Position numbers and translations under genes: made by a program. A DNA stretch of 64,000 nucleotides from Acidobacteriota bacterium. Lineage in GTDB: Bacteria; Acidobacteriota; UBA890; WLXD01. Below are positions 48,439-59,229 of this stretch, one piece after another; within the stretch, counting starts at the first letter, position 1, and every line of letters begins with the position of its first letter. The notes under the pieces were generated by a model. That model was not told the DNA's origin, made no database searches, and saw only the letters and a list, made by a program, of their open reading frames with translations. The stretch is from positions 93,758-157,757 of the forward strand of contig CAXWPH010000005.1 of the NCBI GenBank assembly GCA_963666055.2, in the 5' to 3' direction.

Positions 48439-49470
48439 TCACACCCGCCGTTCGCTGTCCACGAGGGTCCGCCATTCGCTGAGAGATCGGTACTGGAAGT
48501 CCGGTCTGGGCTCATCGCTCAGGTCGGCGATCAACTCGAGCAGGTGACCGTCCGGGTCCACGAAGAAAACAGCTGCCGCCGGCATCCAGCCATGCACCAT
48601 GGGCTCGTACATCGGTCCCTGTTGGGGCGCAGTTGGCGGGTGAATCGCCTCCACCCCACGCTCACGCAGATAGGGAATCATCCCGTCTATGTCCTCCTCA
48701 CTGATCCGGAACGAGATATGGCAGTCTGCGGCGTGGCGGCGCGTTACGGAATCCACCTGGAAGAGCCCCAGCATCCAGCGCGTGTCGCCATCGATGAAAC
48801 GGAGTAGGGCGCTCGGCCCGTCTCTCCCGCCGAAGCCCAACTCGAACCCCAGCTTCTCCACGTAGAAGTCGATGGAGCGACCTACGTCGGTGACGGCGAG
48901 GTGGACCTCATAGAGGCCGTGGTGGAAGTGTATCGGCGAGGATGCCTCGCTAGGCTTCTCACTCACCTCTCTACCCAAGTCGGCTTTACCGCGACGGGCG
49001 GTCTCGTTCGGCTTCGGAAACGCGGCGGACTCATCTTCGAGCAATCGCTTCAGTAGTGCCAGGTCTTTGCGGGTGGCCCGTCGCACCATCAAGGCCAGGA
49101 GAGGTGCCAGCAGCGCCGAGAATCCAGCTGGGCGCCCGCGATTTCGCAGGCTCATGAGCGTTGATGATTCGCTGATGGCTGCCCACGTGTACGTCGTCTC
49201 CATAGGGAAAGGCCCTTGCGCCGTTCGCATCACGAGCTTCTCTCCAGGGATCAGTTCGACGATCTCGTACGTGTGCTCCAGCCGGCGGCCGAGGAAATGG
49301 GCCACGAACGCAACTTGCGAGCCGAGCACGGCGGGTCGATCCGTCTTCCATTGCACGGATCTGATGTTGACGTACCACTCTGGTACGTTGTCCGGATCGG
49401 CAGCGTAGCGTGCCACCTCGTGGCGAGGGCGAGCGATGACGATTTCCGTAGAGACGTCAACAATCGCCAT
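48439..49470 (-). CDS. SRPBCC domain plus VOC domain fusion
   Basis: ADPDNVPEWYVNI..GPFPMETTY, then YEVHLAVTDV..FVDPDGHLLE. Confidence 0.75.
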   Translation of the reverse strand: MAIVDVSTEIVIARPRHEVARYAADPDNVPEWYVNIRSVQWKTDRPAVLGSQVAFVAHFLGRRLEHTYEIVELIPGEKLVMRTAQGPFPMETTYTWAAISESSTLMSLRNRGRPAGFSALLAPLLALMVRRATRKDLALLKRLLEDESAAFPKPNETARRGKADLGREVSEKPSEASSPIHFHHGLYEVHLAVTDVGRSIDFYVEKLGFELGFGGRDGPSALLRFIDGDTRWMLGLFQVDSVTRRHAADCHISFRISEEDIDGMIPYLRERGVEAIHPPTAPQQGPMYEPMVHGWMPAAAVFFVDPDGHLLELIADLSDEPRPDFQYRSLSEWRTLVDSERRV

Positions 49471-49640
49471 TGGCACGCCTCCGCTTCTCCACATGTTCGA
49501 GACTCCGTCGTCTCATCTATCGAGCCGATGCGGTCGATGGGACCTCGAGGCTGACTACACAGTTGCTTTCTTCGTGGTTGCAGGTGGTGATCTGTTGGCC
49601 GAGCCCGGGCCCGCGCGACAGCAGACGAGATCGCCTTCGG

Positions 49641-52600
49641 TCAGTGGAAGTCGCGGCTACTACGGGTGATCTCGAGCTTGATGTCAGGGTGCCAGAGCTT
49701 GTCGACCACCAGGTGCACGACGGAGTTGTGTGACTGGATCTTCCCGGTAACGCCGAGGAACGATGTGGTTCGACTGATGATGCTGAACTTCTCGAACACC
49801 TGGGGCCAAATCACCAGGTTCACGAAGCCCGATTCGTCTTCGAGGGTCATAAAGAGCACGCCGGAGGCGGTGCCAGGGCGCTGGCGACAGATGACGATGC
49901 CAGCATAGCGGGCGCGGGCTCCATCGCGCATGCGACTGACGGTTCGTGCGTCGGGGAGACCGAGCTTAGCTAATTGGGCGCGCAACGGCTCGAGAATGTG
50001 TCCGCGAGTGGAGTGATCGGAGGTGCGGTAGTCCCAGGCAATCTGTTCGAAGGCGGACAGGTCGTCGAAGCTCGGAGTGGCAGGATCCGAGAACGAAGCG
50101 CTCGTGCTCGAGACGCTGCGGTTGCTGTCGGTCGCGGATTCGGGCGCACCGGTTGCGACGCCGAGCTCGGGTGCTTCGCTCTCGGCGACGATGCCGTGCA
50201 TCTGCCAGAGGGCATCGCGGCGTGAGCGCTCGAAGGGTTCGAAGAAACCCGACTCGGTGAGCCGCCTGAGCGCCCGCTCGGAAATGCGCCCGCGCTCGGT
50301 GAAGTCTCGAATCGAGCTAAAGGGGCACTGGTGCGCCACGGCCTCGATGCGCTCGCCTTCGTCAGCGCGCATGCCCTTGATGTAGCGCAGCCCCATGCGA
50401 ATGGCGAGCCCGCGAGCGGGCGACTGAGCCGGCGAGGGGTCGTGGTCCGCCACCGTGGGGGTGGGGCAGGGAACCGTCGTCGCGGTGGTCGTCTCATGGT
50501 GGCACGAGACGACGACCTCAGAAACGGCGATCGGAGGGAGGGCAGCCGGCTCGAGAGTGCAGTCCCACCAGGGGGCTGCAACGCTTACCGGGCGCACCTC
50601 CACATCGTGGCGCTTGGCGTCGTCGACGATAGTGGCGGCTGAGTAAAAGCCCATCGGTAGTGAGTTGAGCAACGAGCAGGCGAACTCGGCCGGATAGTGG
50701 CACTTCATCCAGGAGGTGGCGTAGGCGATCAGGGCGAAGCTGGCGGCGTGCGACTCGGGAAAGCCATAATCACCGAAGCCGCGGATTTGATTGAAGACGC
50801 GCTCGGCGAACTCCTGCTTGATGCCCTTGGCCATCATGCGCGTGATCAGGCGCTCGCGGTGACGGTCGAGGCGGCCGATTTTGCGCCAGGCGGCCATATC
50901 GTGACGTAGCTGGTCGGCCTCGCCGGGAGTGTAGTCGGCGGCCACGACGGCCAGCTTCATGACCTGCTCTTGGAACAAGGGGATGCCGAGGGTCTTCTTG
51001 AGCACCGGCTCCAGGCACGGGTGGGGGTAGTCGATGGGCTCCTTGCCCTCGCGGCGGCGCAGGTAGGGGTGCACCATGCCGCCGGTGATGGGGCCGGGAC
51101 GTACGATGGAGATCTCCACCACCAGGTCGTAGAAGGTGCGCGGCTTGAGACGCGGCAGCATCGACATCTGCGCCCGGCTCTCGATCTGGAACACGCCCAC
51201 GGTGTCGGCGCGACAGCACATGTCGAAGGTGGCCTTGTCGGCCGGAGGGACGGTGGCCATGTCGACATCGATGCCGCGGTGCTTGCGCAGCAGATCGAAG
51301 CCGTGATGCAGCTGGGTGAGCGCGCCCAGTCCCAACAAGTCGACCTTGAAGAGGCCGAGCGCCTCGACGTCGTCCTTGTCCCACTGGATGACGGTGCGGT
51401 CTTCCATGGAGCCGTTCTCGATCGGCACCAGGTCGTGTACCGGCTCGTGGCCGAGCAGAAAGCCACCGGGGTGAATCGACAGATGACGCGGGAATCCGAT
51501 GGCCTCGTTGGCCAACCGCATCAGATGCACGATGGTCGGGTTGTGGGGGTCGAGCCCGGCTTGACGGAACGAGGTCTCGTCGATGCCGCCCCAGCGCCCG
51601 ACCATCTTGGAGAGTCGATCGAGCGAGGTCTCCGACAACCCCAGCGCCTTGCCGACGTCACGCACTGCCGACTTGGATCGGTAGCGGACGACGTTGGCGA
51701 CCATGGCGGCGTGCGAGCGCCCGTGCTTTTCGTACATGTGCTGGATCGCCTCTTCGCGCCGATTGTGCTCGATGTCGAGGTCGATGTCGGGCGGTTCGGC
51801 GCGCTCCTTGGAGATGAAGCGCTCGAACAGTAGGTCCATACGCACCGGATCGACGGCGGTGATCTCGAGGCAGAAACAAACGATCGAGTTGGCGGCCGAT
51901 CCACGTCCCTGACAGAGGATGTCGCGCTCCTGACAGAAGCGAACGATCTCGTGCATGGTGAGGAAGTAGCCGGGATAGTCGAGCTCGTCGATGACCCCCA
52001 GTTCCTTGTCGATCTGGGTGCGCATCTCGGGTGGAATGTAGCCGCGCTCACCGCGCGGGCCGAGGGTGCCGCGGTAGCGCTTACGGGCACCTTCCCAGGT
52101 GAGCTGGCGCAGGTACTCCATTGATGTCGTGCCGTCGGGCAGCCTCTCCGAGGGATAGCGATAGCGGATCTCGTCCATCGAGAAGTCGCACATCTCAGCG
52201 ATCTCGCGGGTGCGCGCGATGGCCAGCGGGTCGTCGGCGTAGAGTGCAGTGAAGCTCTGTGGCGAGTGCAGCTCGTGCTTGGCGTTGCCCTTGATGCAGC
52301 GGCCGGCGTTGCTGATCGTTACGCCGTGACGTATGCAGTTGAGCACGTCGTGCAGATCACGACGTCCGGGCACGTGGTAAAGAACTTCGGAGCCGGCCAC
52401 CAGCGGTAGCTCGTACCGCATGGCACGAGCGCGAACGCGGCGCTCCATCGCCGGCTCGTCGGCTCGATGGTGCCGGGCGAGCAGCGCAAACAGGCGCGGG
52501 CCGAACGCCTCACGCAGTCGATCGGCGGTCTCGTTGAGCGTGCGAGGCTCGCGCGCGGCGGTGAACTCGAACAGGTCGACGACCTTGGCGGCGGCTACAC

Positions 52601-53264
52601 CGGCGGCACGCTGCAGAGGGAACTCCAGGAGTTCGACCCGGCCCTTCGCGGAGCTTCCTGCGTCAGGAGAAATGCGCCTGACGTGGGTAGCGTTATCGAG
52701 CTGGCTGCCGGCATCGAAATCAACACCGGGCACGTACGCGGCATCGGAGGAGTAAGGATCGATGAGAACGCTGCAGATCGGCGCGTCATCATCGATCGGT
52801 TGTGCCAGCAGGCTACGGTCGCCACCCCAGAGGGCGATCAGCCCGGCGGCGTGCTCGGCGACCTCGATCCAGGTGACGCGGGCTTCCCCCTTGGCACAGC
52901 GCAGGCGGCCCTTGGTGACCAGCCGGCACAAGTTGGCGTAGCCCTCGCGGCTGGTGGCGAGCAATACCAGCACCGAGTTGTCGACCAGGGTGACCTGCGA
53001 GCCGACAATCAGGTGAATGCCGAGCTCACGCGCTCGAACATGCGCCTGCACGATGCCGTGCACGCCGTCGCGATCGGTAACGGCGATCGATCGCAGCCCC
53101 AGATGGCGAGCCTCCTCCACCATCTCGGCCGGGTCGCTGGCCCCTTCGAGAAAGGAGAAGTTGCTCTTGCACCACAGCGGCACGTAGGCGAGCGAGCCAC
53201 CAAAATAAGCTGATGCAGACATGAGGGGGGCCGATAGTTGCGGTGAAGGCGTCGGAGTAACCAA
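49641..53264 (-). CDS. dnaE2: Error-prone DNA polymerase DnaE2 (ImuC)
   Basis: [46 protein letters not shown] and C-terminal SRDFH. Confidence 0.97.
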   Translation of the reverse strand: MVTPTPSPQLSAPLMSASAYFGGSLAYVPLWCKSNFSFLEGASDPAEMVEEARHLGLRSIAVTDRDGVHGIVQAHVRARELGIHLIVGSQVTLVDNSVLVLLATSREGYANLCRLVTKGRLRCAKGEARVTWIEVAEHAAGLIALWGGDRSLLAQPIDDDAPICSVLIDPYSSDAAYVPGVDFDAGSQLDNATHVRRISPDAGSSAKGRVELLEFPLQRAAGVAAAKVVDLFEFTAAREPRTLNETADRLREAFGPRLFALLARHHRADEPAMERRVRARAMRYELPLVAGSEVLYHVPGRRDLHDVLNCIRHGVTISNAGRCIKGNAKHELHSPQSFTALYADDPLAIARTREIAEMCDFSMDEIRYRYPSERLPDGTTSMEYLRQLTWEGARKRYRGTLGPRGERGYIPPEMRTQIDKELGVIDELDYPGYFLTMHEIVRFCQERDILCQGRGSAANSIVCFCLEITAVDPVRMDLLFERFISKERAEPPDIDLDIEHNRREEAIQHMYEKHGRSHAAMVANVVRYRSKSAVRDVGKALGLSETSLDRLSKMVGRWGGIDETSFRQAGLDPHNPTIVHLMRLANEAIGFPRHLSIHPGGFLLGHEPVHDLVPIENGSMEDRTVIQWDKDDVEALGLFKVDLLGLGALTQLHHGFDLLRKHRGIDVDMATVPPADKATFDMCCRADTVGVFQIESRAQMSMLPRLKPRTFYDLVVEISIVRPGPITGGMVHPYLRRREGKEPIDYPHPCLEPVLKKTLGIPLFQEQVMKLAVVAADYTPGEADQLRHDMAAWRKIGRLDRHRERLITRMMAKGIKQEFAERVFNQIRGFGDYGFPESHAASFALIAYATSWMKCHYPAEFACSLLNSLPMGFYSAATIVDDAKRHDVEVRPVSVAAPWWDCTLEPAALPPIAVSEVVVSCHHETTTATTVPCPTPTVADHDPSPAQSPARGLAIRMGLRYIKGMRADEGERIEAVAHQCPFSSIRDFTERGRISERALRRLTESGFFEPFERSRRDALWQMHGIVAESEAPELGVATGAPESATDSNRSVSSTSASFSDPATPSFDDLSAFEQIAWDYRTSDHSTRGHILEPLRAQLAKLGLPDARTVSRMRDGARARYAGIVICRQRPGTASGVLFMTLEDESGFVNLVIWPQVFEKFSIISRTTSFLGVTGKIQSHNSVVHLVVDKLWHPDIKLEITRSSRDFH

Positions 53265-53346
53265 CGCTCGGGTAGAGCACCGAGGATCGGCCCGAAGCCA
53301 GGAGCTTCGGCTTGATCCTGGCTCTCAGGAAGGCGACCCATTTAAG

Positions 53347-53360
53347 CAGACAAATGTCTG
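53347..53360. promoter_or_regulatory. Candidate LexA box upstream of dnaE2
   Basis: CAGACA-AA-TGTCTG palindrome; the same 13-mer is upstream of lexA. Confidence 0.75.
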
Positions 53361-53369
53361 TTAATCTAG

Positions 53370-53641
53370 CAGGGTGCTGAAGAACTCTGGTGGGTCTGGC
53401 GCGTGGGTCTTGCTGGCGAGATCAAGGAAGAGCGACGATGGCGATGCCAGGATGCATCGTCGAGGAGCCCTGACGCTGAGATCGTCGGCAACCCCCGCGC
53501 GCCCTACGGGTTACGGCGTCGTGGGGCCATCTGCGGCGTTGGCCCTCCTGGACGATACAGCAAGCATCGCCTGCGTCGCGCCGCCTTGCATCTGGCCCCA
53601 CGACGCCATAACCAGACCCACCAGAGTTTTTCAGCACCCTG
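53370..53641. mobile_element. MITE, 272 bp, with CTAG target duplication
   Basis: 30-bp terminal inverted repeat CAGGGTGCTGAA(G/A)AACTCTGGTGGGTCTGG with one mismatch; CTAG at 53366 and 53642. Confidence 0.85.
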
Positions 53642-53731
53642 CTAGGTATAGGAACCGAGCTACCGTCACCGGCGGCCGCGTAGCAAGATGGACCTCTCTC
53701 ACGCTTCCCCGCCTTCGCAGAGATTTCACGG

Positions 53732-54523
53732 ATGAGACGCATCCTGACCCGCTTTTTCGTGCTGCTGGTGGTGATCTCTCTCGGCGCGGGTATCCTGTTC
53801 TTTGCCCTGAGCGGGTTGCCCCAGTTTGTGCCGGTGCCCGAAGACGCTGTGGTGATCGGTGCCGGCGACGAACGGGTGGCATCGATGTTCGTGCGTTCGT
53901 ATCAGGCTACTTATGAGCGCTGGAACTCGATCGTGGGCATGCTGTTAGCAAACGGTAAGGCAACGATAGAGGTGAAGTCGGCCGGGGGCGGGCGAAAGCG
54001 GCTGCAAATCAACTTGTCGCTTTCGAGCACTGGCGTCGAAGACCACATGATCCTCGAAGCGACGACCCTCGCTCCGGTACGGCGCTCGTTCTCGCTTCCG
54101 CAAGGTGGCGGGCAGAGCTTCATCTTCGTCGGCAATCGGATCCAGGCGACCGTACGAAGTGTCACCGGTGTGTCCACGCGGCACGACTTCGAGTACCAGC
54201 TACGTCCGTTCGAAGCGTCGGTGCTCGAGCTGCCGCTGGCAGCGTTGCGGCTGGCCCCTGGATCGATCGGCCGGGTGGCGTGGAACAACATGGACGATCC
54301 CGAGGAGCTTTGGGCGCAGTTCCGGGTGCTGGGCGCGACGCGGCTAGAGCTCGACGCTGGCGAGTTCGACACTATTGTGGTCCGGGTGCGGTTCTACGAT
54401 GGCCGCATGCGCGACTACTGGCTCAACGGCGAGCCACCCTACAAGATACGCATGCTGAGCTACGAGCGTGGCCGCGCTCTGGTGAGCGGCTGGCAACTCG
54501 AATCGTACGAGCTACTCGAATAG
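53732..54523 (+). CDS. Hypothetical membrane-anchored protein (DUF3108-like)
   Basis: N-terminal transmembrane helix; AGEFDTIVVR..DYWL motif. Confidence 0.6.
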   Translation: MRRILTRFFVLLVVISLGAGILFFALSGLPQFVPVPEDAVVIGAGDERVASMFVRSYQATYERWNSIVGMLLANGKATIEVKSAGGGRKRLQINLSLSSTGVEDHMILEATTLAPVRRSFSLPQGGGQSFIFVGNRIQATVRSVTGVSTRHDFEYQLRPFEASVLELPLAALRLAPGSIGRVAWNNMDDPEELWAQFRVLGATRLELDAGEFDTIVVRVRFYDGRMRDYWLNGEPPYKIRMLSYERGRALVSGWQLESYELLE

Positions 54524-54536
54524 AAAGGGGACGACG

Positions 54537-57482
54537 ATGCGGAGTACCTCAGCGCAGCACCGGCTGCGTCTCCGACGACCCGGGCCGATAGTCGTTGCGG
54601 TGGCGTTGATGTCAGTCGTCGGCGTGGCAAGCGTGTTGGCGCAGGATACCAAGCCGCCGGTACGTCCCCCTGATTACGGCCAGTTCGAGCGTCTCGGGCC
54701 CCGCACACCGCTGTCACCGGATGGGAGGTGGCTGGCGGTGCCGATCAGGCGCGTCGATGGCACCGGTGAGCTACGTACCTACTCGGTCAGCAACGCCGGA
54801 AGCCCGGTGGTCGCCGAGGAAGGTCGAGATCCGGTGTTTGCCGAGAATTCTGCCTGGCTGGCATATCGAGTCGGGCAGCCGGAGGCGGAGCGCGAGCAGC
54901 TGCGAGAGGAAGGTGAGCCGGTTCAGGATGGCCTCGGGCTGTTACGTTTGGAAAGCGGTGAGGCGGACACCATCGACGGGGTAGCGAGCTTCGACTTTGG
55001 TGCCGGCGGCGGGTACATCGTCATGCATCGTTATCCGCCTTCGTCCGAGGAGGAGTCGGGTGCGGACCGACGCGGTGCCGATCTGGTGGTTCGTGACCTG
55101 GCAGGCGGCGGCGAGTTCACAATCGGTAACGTCGCCGAGTATGCCTGGCAGCCGGAAGGCAGCCTGTTGGCCGTGGCAATCGAGACGCGGGACGGTGTCG
55201 GCAACGGTGTGCAACTCTACGACGCCGCTTCGGGCAGTCTGCGCGTGCTCGCCTCCACGAAAGAGCCGGGCGCGTCATTCAGCGGCTTCGCGTGGCGCGA
55301 CGAGGCATCCGACCTCGCGTTCCTGCGCTCGATTGACCGCGATGGACTCGACGGAGCCACGCACGCGGTCGTCGCCTGGCGCGATCTCGACGGCGCCGCC
55401 GACATGCTGGTGTACGACCCGACCGTCGCGGATGGATTCCCCGCGGACATGCGCGTCTCACCGCACGACGCACCGAGCTGGTCCGAGAGCGGGGCGACGC
55501 TCTTTTTCGCTATTCAGGAGTGGTACGAAGATCCCGGTTCCGGGGGTGAGGAAGACAGTGCCGGCGGCTCCGATCGAGGCAGCTCCGGGAGGCTGGAGGG
55601 GGCCGTGGAAGACTCCGTCACGGACGGCGAAGATGATGCTGTGGAGGAGTCCGGAGAACAGGTAGAGCCATCGTCCGTCGAAATCTGGCACTCGGGCGAC
55701 GAGCAGGTGATCCCCATGCAGCGGGTGCGCCGGGAGCGCAACAGGCAGGCTGGCTACCTGGCGGCATGGCACCTCGAAGAGGGCGCCTTCGTGCGCCTCG
55801 GCACTGACCTGGATGAGACGCTTGCCCTGCTCGAGGGGCAGCGCCTGGCCACCGAGACGGATCGACAGGCATACCGGTTCCGCAACATGTTCGATCGTGA
55901 TTGGAACGACCTCTGGCTGATCGATGTCGCTAGTGGTGATCGGCGCAAGGTCATCGAGGACGTGGGGTACTTCTACGGCGACAGCGCTACCGGTCGCTAC
56001 CTGCTCTATTACAAGGGCGACCATTTCTGGTCGTACGACATCGAGTCCGACGAGCACCGCAACCTGACGTTGGGATTGCCGGTCTCGTTCGTGAACCACG
56101 ACTACGACACGCCAGTGCGAGCGCAGCAGCCCCCCTGGGGTGTCGGTGGGTGGCTTGTCGACGACCAAGCGGTGTTGCTTTACGACGAGTACGACGTCTG
56201 GGCGGTAGCGCCAGACGGCGCCGATGCCGAGAAGCTGACCGAGGGTGCCGGGGAGCTCGTGCGGCATCGAGTGGCTGACGTCGACGGCGAACTCGAGGCT
56301 GAGGAGCGTGGGCTGGACCCGGAGCATATCTGGCTGCAGCTGTACGGAGAGCGCAGTAAGAAATACGGGCTTGCCACAACCAGCTTGGGGGCCCCTGACG
56401 AGGCTGCTCCGGACGCCGGCACTGACCGTCTGGTATGGCTCGACAAGAACGTCGGCCAGTTGGCCAAAGCGTTGGAGGCGGAGACGTATTCGTACGTTGT
56501 GCAGGGGTTCGACGATTCACCCGACGTGTTCGTTGGGGCCGCGGATTTGGGCGCCGCCCAACAGGTCACGAGCACCAACCCCTTTCAGAGCGACTATGCC
56601 TGGGGCAGGTCCGAGCTCATCGAATACCAGAGCGCCTGGGGACGCGAGCTACAGGGCGCTCTCTTCTATCCGGCCGAGTACGATCCGAGTAAGACGTACC
56701 CGATGCTCGTTTACGTGTACGAGCGGTTGTCGCAGACGGTGCACAGCTACTCGGTGCCTTCCGAGCGCAGCCCCTACAACCCCGCCGTGTTCACTGCCGA
56801 AGGCTACTTCGTGCTGCGTCCCGACATCGTGTATCGAAACCGGCGCCCGGGAACATCGGCGGTGGAGTGCATCGTGCCCGCGGTGCAGGCAGCGATTGCT
56901 ACCCGGATGATCGACGCCGAGAGCGTCGGGCTAGTGGGACACTCCTGGGGAGGGTACGAGGCGAGCTTTGTGCCCACGCAGACCGACGTGTTCGCGGCAT
57001 CGATCGCCGGCGCGCCACTGACCAACTTCTTCTCGATGTTCGGCACGGTGCACTGGAATCCGGGACTACCGGAGACCGATCACTTCGAGACCGGCCAGGC
57101 GCGTATGGAGGTGCCCTACTGGGACGACCTGGAGGCCTACGTGCGCGAATCACCGATCATGCACATCACCGACCTCGAAACGCCGATGATGATCTTCTTC
57201 GGCGACGAGGACGGCGTGGTCGATTGGCATCAGGGCGTGGAGATGTACAACTATGCCCGGCGCGCCGGGAAGTTCCTGGTGATGCTGGTGTATCCCGGCG
57301 AAGATCACAGCGCGCGAGAGAAGAACAACCAGGTCGACTACCACCATCGCGTGCTCAGCTGGTTCGGGCACTTCCTCAAGGGCGAGGAGGCACCGGACTG
57401 GATCACAAGCGGCACGCCGCTGCTGGAGCGCGAGCGCGAGATCGAAGCGCAGAAAGTCCGGCGCCAGGAGAGCTCTCGGTAG
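54537..57482 (+). CDS. S9 family prolyl oligopeptidase
   Basis: GHSWGG, DGVVD and YPGEDH catalytic triad; propeller N-terminus. Confidence 0.92.
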   Translation: MRSTSAQHRLRLRRPGPIVVAVALMSVVGVASVLAQDTKPPVRPPDYGQFERLGPRTPLSPDGRWLAVPIRRVDGTGELRTYSVSNAGSPVVAEEGRDPVFAENSAWLAYRVGQPEAEREQLREEGEPVQDGLGLLRLESGEADTIDGVASFDFGAGGGYIVMHRYPPSSEEESGADRRGADLVVRDLAGGGEFTIGNVAEYAWQPEGSLLAVAIETRDGVGNGVQLYDAASGSLRVLASTKEPGASFSGFAWRDEASDLAFLRSIDRDGLDGATHAVVAWRDLDGAADMLVYDPTVADGFPADMRVSPHDAPSWSESGATLFFAIQEWYEDPGSGGEEDSAGGSDRGSSGRLEGAVEDSVTDGEDDAVEESGEQVEPSSVEIWHSGDEQVIPMQRVRRERNRQAGYLAAWHLEEGAFVRLGTDLDETLALLEGQRLATETDRQAYRFRNMFDRDWNDLWLIDVASGDRRKVIEDVGYFYGDSATGRYLLYYKGDHFWSYDIESDEHRNLTLGLPVSFVNHDYDTPVRAQQPPWGVGGWLVDDQAVLLYDEYDVWAVAPDGADAEKLTEGAGELVRHRVADVDGELEAEERGLDPEHIWLQLYGERSKKYGLATTSLGAPDEAAPDAGTDRLVWLDKNVGQLAKALEAETYSYVVQGFDDSPDVFVGAADLGAAQQVTSTNPFQSDYAWGRSELIEYQSAWGRELQGALFYPAEYDPSKTYPMLVYVYERLSQTVHSYSVPSERSPYNPAVFTAEGYFVLRPDIVYRNRRPGTSAVECIVPAVQAAIATRMIDAESVGLVGHSWGGYEASFVPTQTDVFAASIAGAPLTNFFSMFGTVHWNPGLPETDHFETGQARMEVPYWDDLEAYVRESPIMHITDLETPMMIFFGDEDGVVDWHQGVEMYNYARRAGKFLVMLVYPGEDHSAREKNNQVDYHHRVLSWFGHFLKGEEAPDWITSGTPLLEREREIEAQKVRRQESSR

Positions 57483-57494
57483 CTAGCAACTCCG

Positions 57495-59018
57495 TTACTC
57501 CACCTGTCCTTGCAAGAACCATCGTCGGCGGTGGCGGTCGTAAAATACCCACATCACGTCGCCCTTCTGGGTTTCCACGAAGTGATAATCGCGGTGTACC
57601 TCGCGAACCCACCAGCCACCGGAGACGGTGTAGGGGCCGAAGATCTTCCGCATCGGGCCCTGCTCGGGGCCCCGCACCAGCCAGCCGTCGGGCTCGTGGT
57701 TGCCGCGGTGGGGTAGGGGAACGGGACGGTCGAAGATGCGTCGCATGAGCGGTCGCTGTCGTGCTTTGCGAGGCGCTGGAATGCGGGCGCTGTGGAGCGG
57801 CTCCCAATTGAAGGTGGCCTCTGGCAGGTGGGCACGATGTAGCCGCGGCCATACCACCGAAAGGCGCCCAAACTCGGCCCGTAGCCGAGCAAACGCGCGG
57901 TTGGCAGCGGCAAGATCGCGTTGCGGCTTTTCCGAGAACAACCCGAGCTGCTCTTTGCTGGTGGGTGTCGAGTCGACGTTGAGCCGGATCTCTACCGCGC
58001 CAGCTGAAAGCTCCAGTGTGTCGAGCTTGAGACGCACCAGGTCGAGGATTTGCGCGGCGTCGAGAGTCGGCTCTGCGGTGCGCACGGCGACTTCGTCGTG
58101 GCGGGTGTTGTCGAGAAGCAAATCGATGTGCAACGCCGATAATCCATGTCCATATGAGGCAGCGCGGTGAAGCAGGGCGGGCAGCACGCGTTTGATGATG
58201 AAGGTCAGCCGCAGGGCATCGGTCTCGGGATACTCGAGCTCGATCCATGCATCGATGGGCTTATCGCACGGCACCGGATCCAATGGTGTGGCAAGAGAGC
58301 CGGTGGCGATTCGATGCAGGTGCAAGGCATCGGGTCCGAAGCGGCGTGCCAGGCCATCGACGGGGAGCTCGAGAAAATCACCCACGGTATGCACACCGAG
58401 CTTGGTGAGGTTCTGCCGCAGCTTGGCGTCCAGGTGCAGGCGATCGAGCCGGACGCCAAGCATCGCACGGTTCTCGTGTTCAGGAGTTTCGAAAACCACG
58501 CTGCCGCGGGCACAGCGTGCCAGCGTGTATACACCGAATCGTGAGAACCCCACCGCAACGTGTGCCACGAAGTGATGCTCACGCAATGTCTCGCGGATCC
58601 GTTCGGCCCAATTCTCGAGGGAGCTTTCCAGCCCGAGTAAACCTGAGGCATCGATCCAGAAGACGCCCGGTTCGTCTGCGCTCGGCTCCACCCCCGGGCT
58701 GAACGTGCGCAGTAGCTCGATCAAACGCTCGACGCCGGCGTCGACTTCTTCTTGCGGCACCTCTCCGGCACACAGCTCGCGGCAAATCGACAGCCCCGCC
58801 GCGTAGCGCAACCCTGGTAATACACGAGCCCGATAGGCGCGCTCGTTGACCCACAGAATCAGCCCCTGTGGACGATCCTCGGCGACCACGGCCATGGGTC
58901 GATCAACCCATTCCGGATACCGTTGAGCCAAGAGCTGAAGGGGTAGCGCCGGCACATCCACACACCCCCACTCTCGCGTCGGCTTTATCGTGCCGCTTTG
59001 CATCTGAACCACTCCCAC
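57495..59018 (-). CDS. imuB: ImuB, inactive Y-family polymerase
   Basis: WVNERAYRARVLPG, FSPGVE, LGVHTVGDF, HLPE and GGWW..RDYHFV..WFLQG. Confidence 0.9.
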   Translation of the reverse strand: MGVVQMQSGTIKPTREWGCVDVPALPLQLLAQRYPEWVDRPMAVVAEDRPQGLILWVNERAYRARVLPGLRYAAGLSICRELCAGEVPQEEVDAGVERLIELLRTFSPGVEPSADEPGVFWIDASGLLGLESSLENWAERIRETLREHHFVAHVAVGFSRFGVYTLARCARGSVVFETPEHENRAMLGVRLDRLHLDAKLRQNLTKLGVHTVGDFLELPVDGLARRFGPDALHLHRIATGSLATPLDPVPCDKPIDAWIELEYPETDALRLTFIIKRVLPALLHRAASYGHGLSALHIDLLLDNTRHDEVAVRTAEPTLDAAQILDLVRLKLDTLELSAGAVEIRLNVDSTPTSKEQLGLFSEKPQRDLAAANRAFARLRAEFGRLSVVWPRLHRAHLPEATFNWEPLHSARIPAPRKARQRPLMRRIFDRPVPLPHRGNHEPDGWLVRGPEQGPMRKIFGPYTVSGGWWVREVHRDYHFVETQKGDVMWVFYDRHRRRWFLQGQVE

Positions 59019-59229
59019 TGCGAGAGGAGAGGGCGTCGAGTGCCCTCTCCTCGTGGGGGGTGCCTCCCTCCCTGGGGCTCGTGTTTTCAGCCTTGCTGTG
59101 TGCGTTCCAGTCGGTTCGTAGTGAGTCGCTTTGTAGTGAGACCAGTCGCGGCGGGGCTCCGGTTAGCGCTTGGTAAAAGAGCTCGGCACGCGGCGACAAC
59201 GGTGCTTCGTGGTGCGATCGAGTCATGGC

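Noticed and set aside
52530-52800. Intein in DnaE2
   Set aside because: The insertion is short and lacks the His-Asn/Cys-Ser-Thr splice junction and endonuclease motifs
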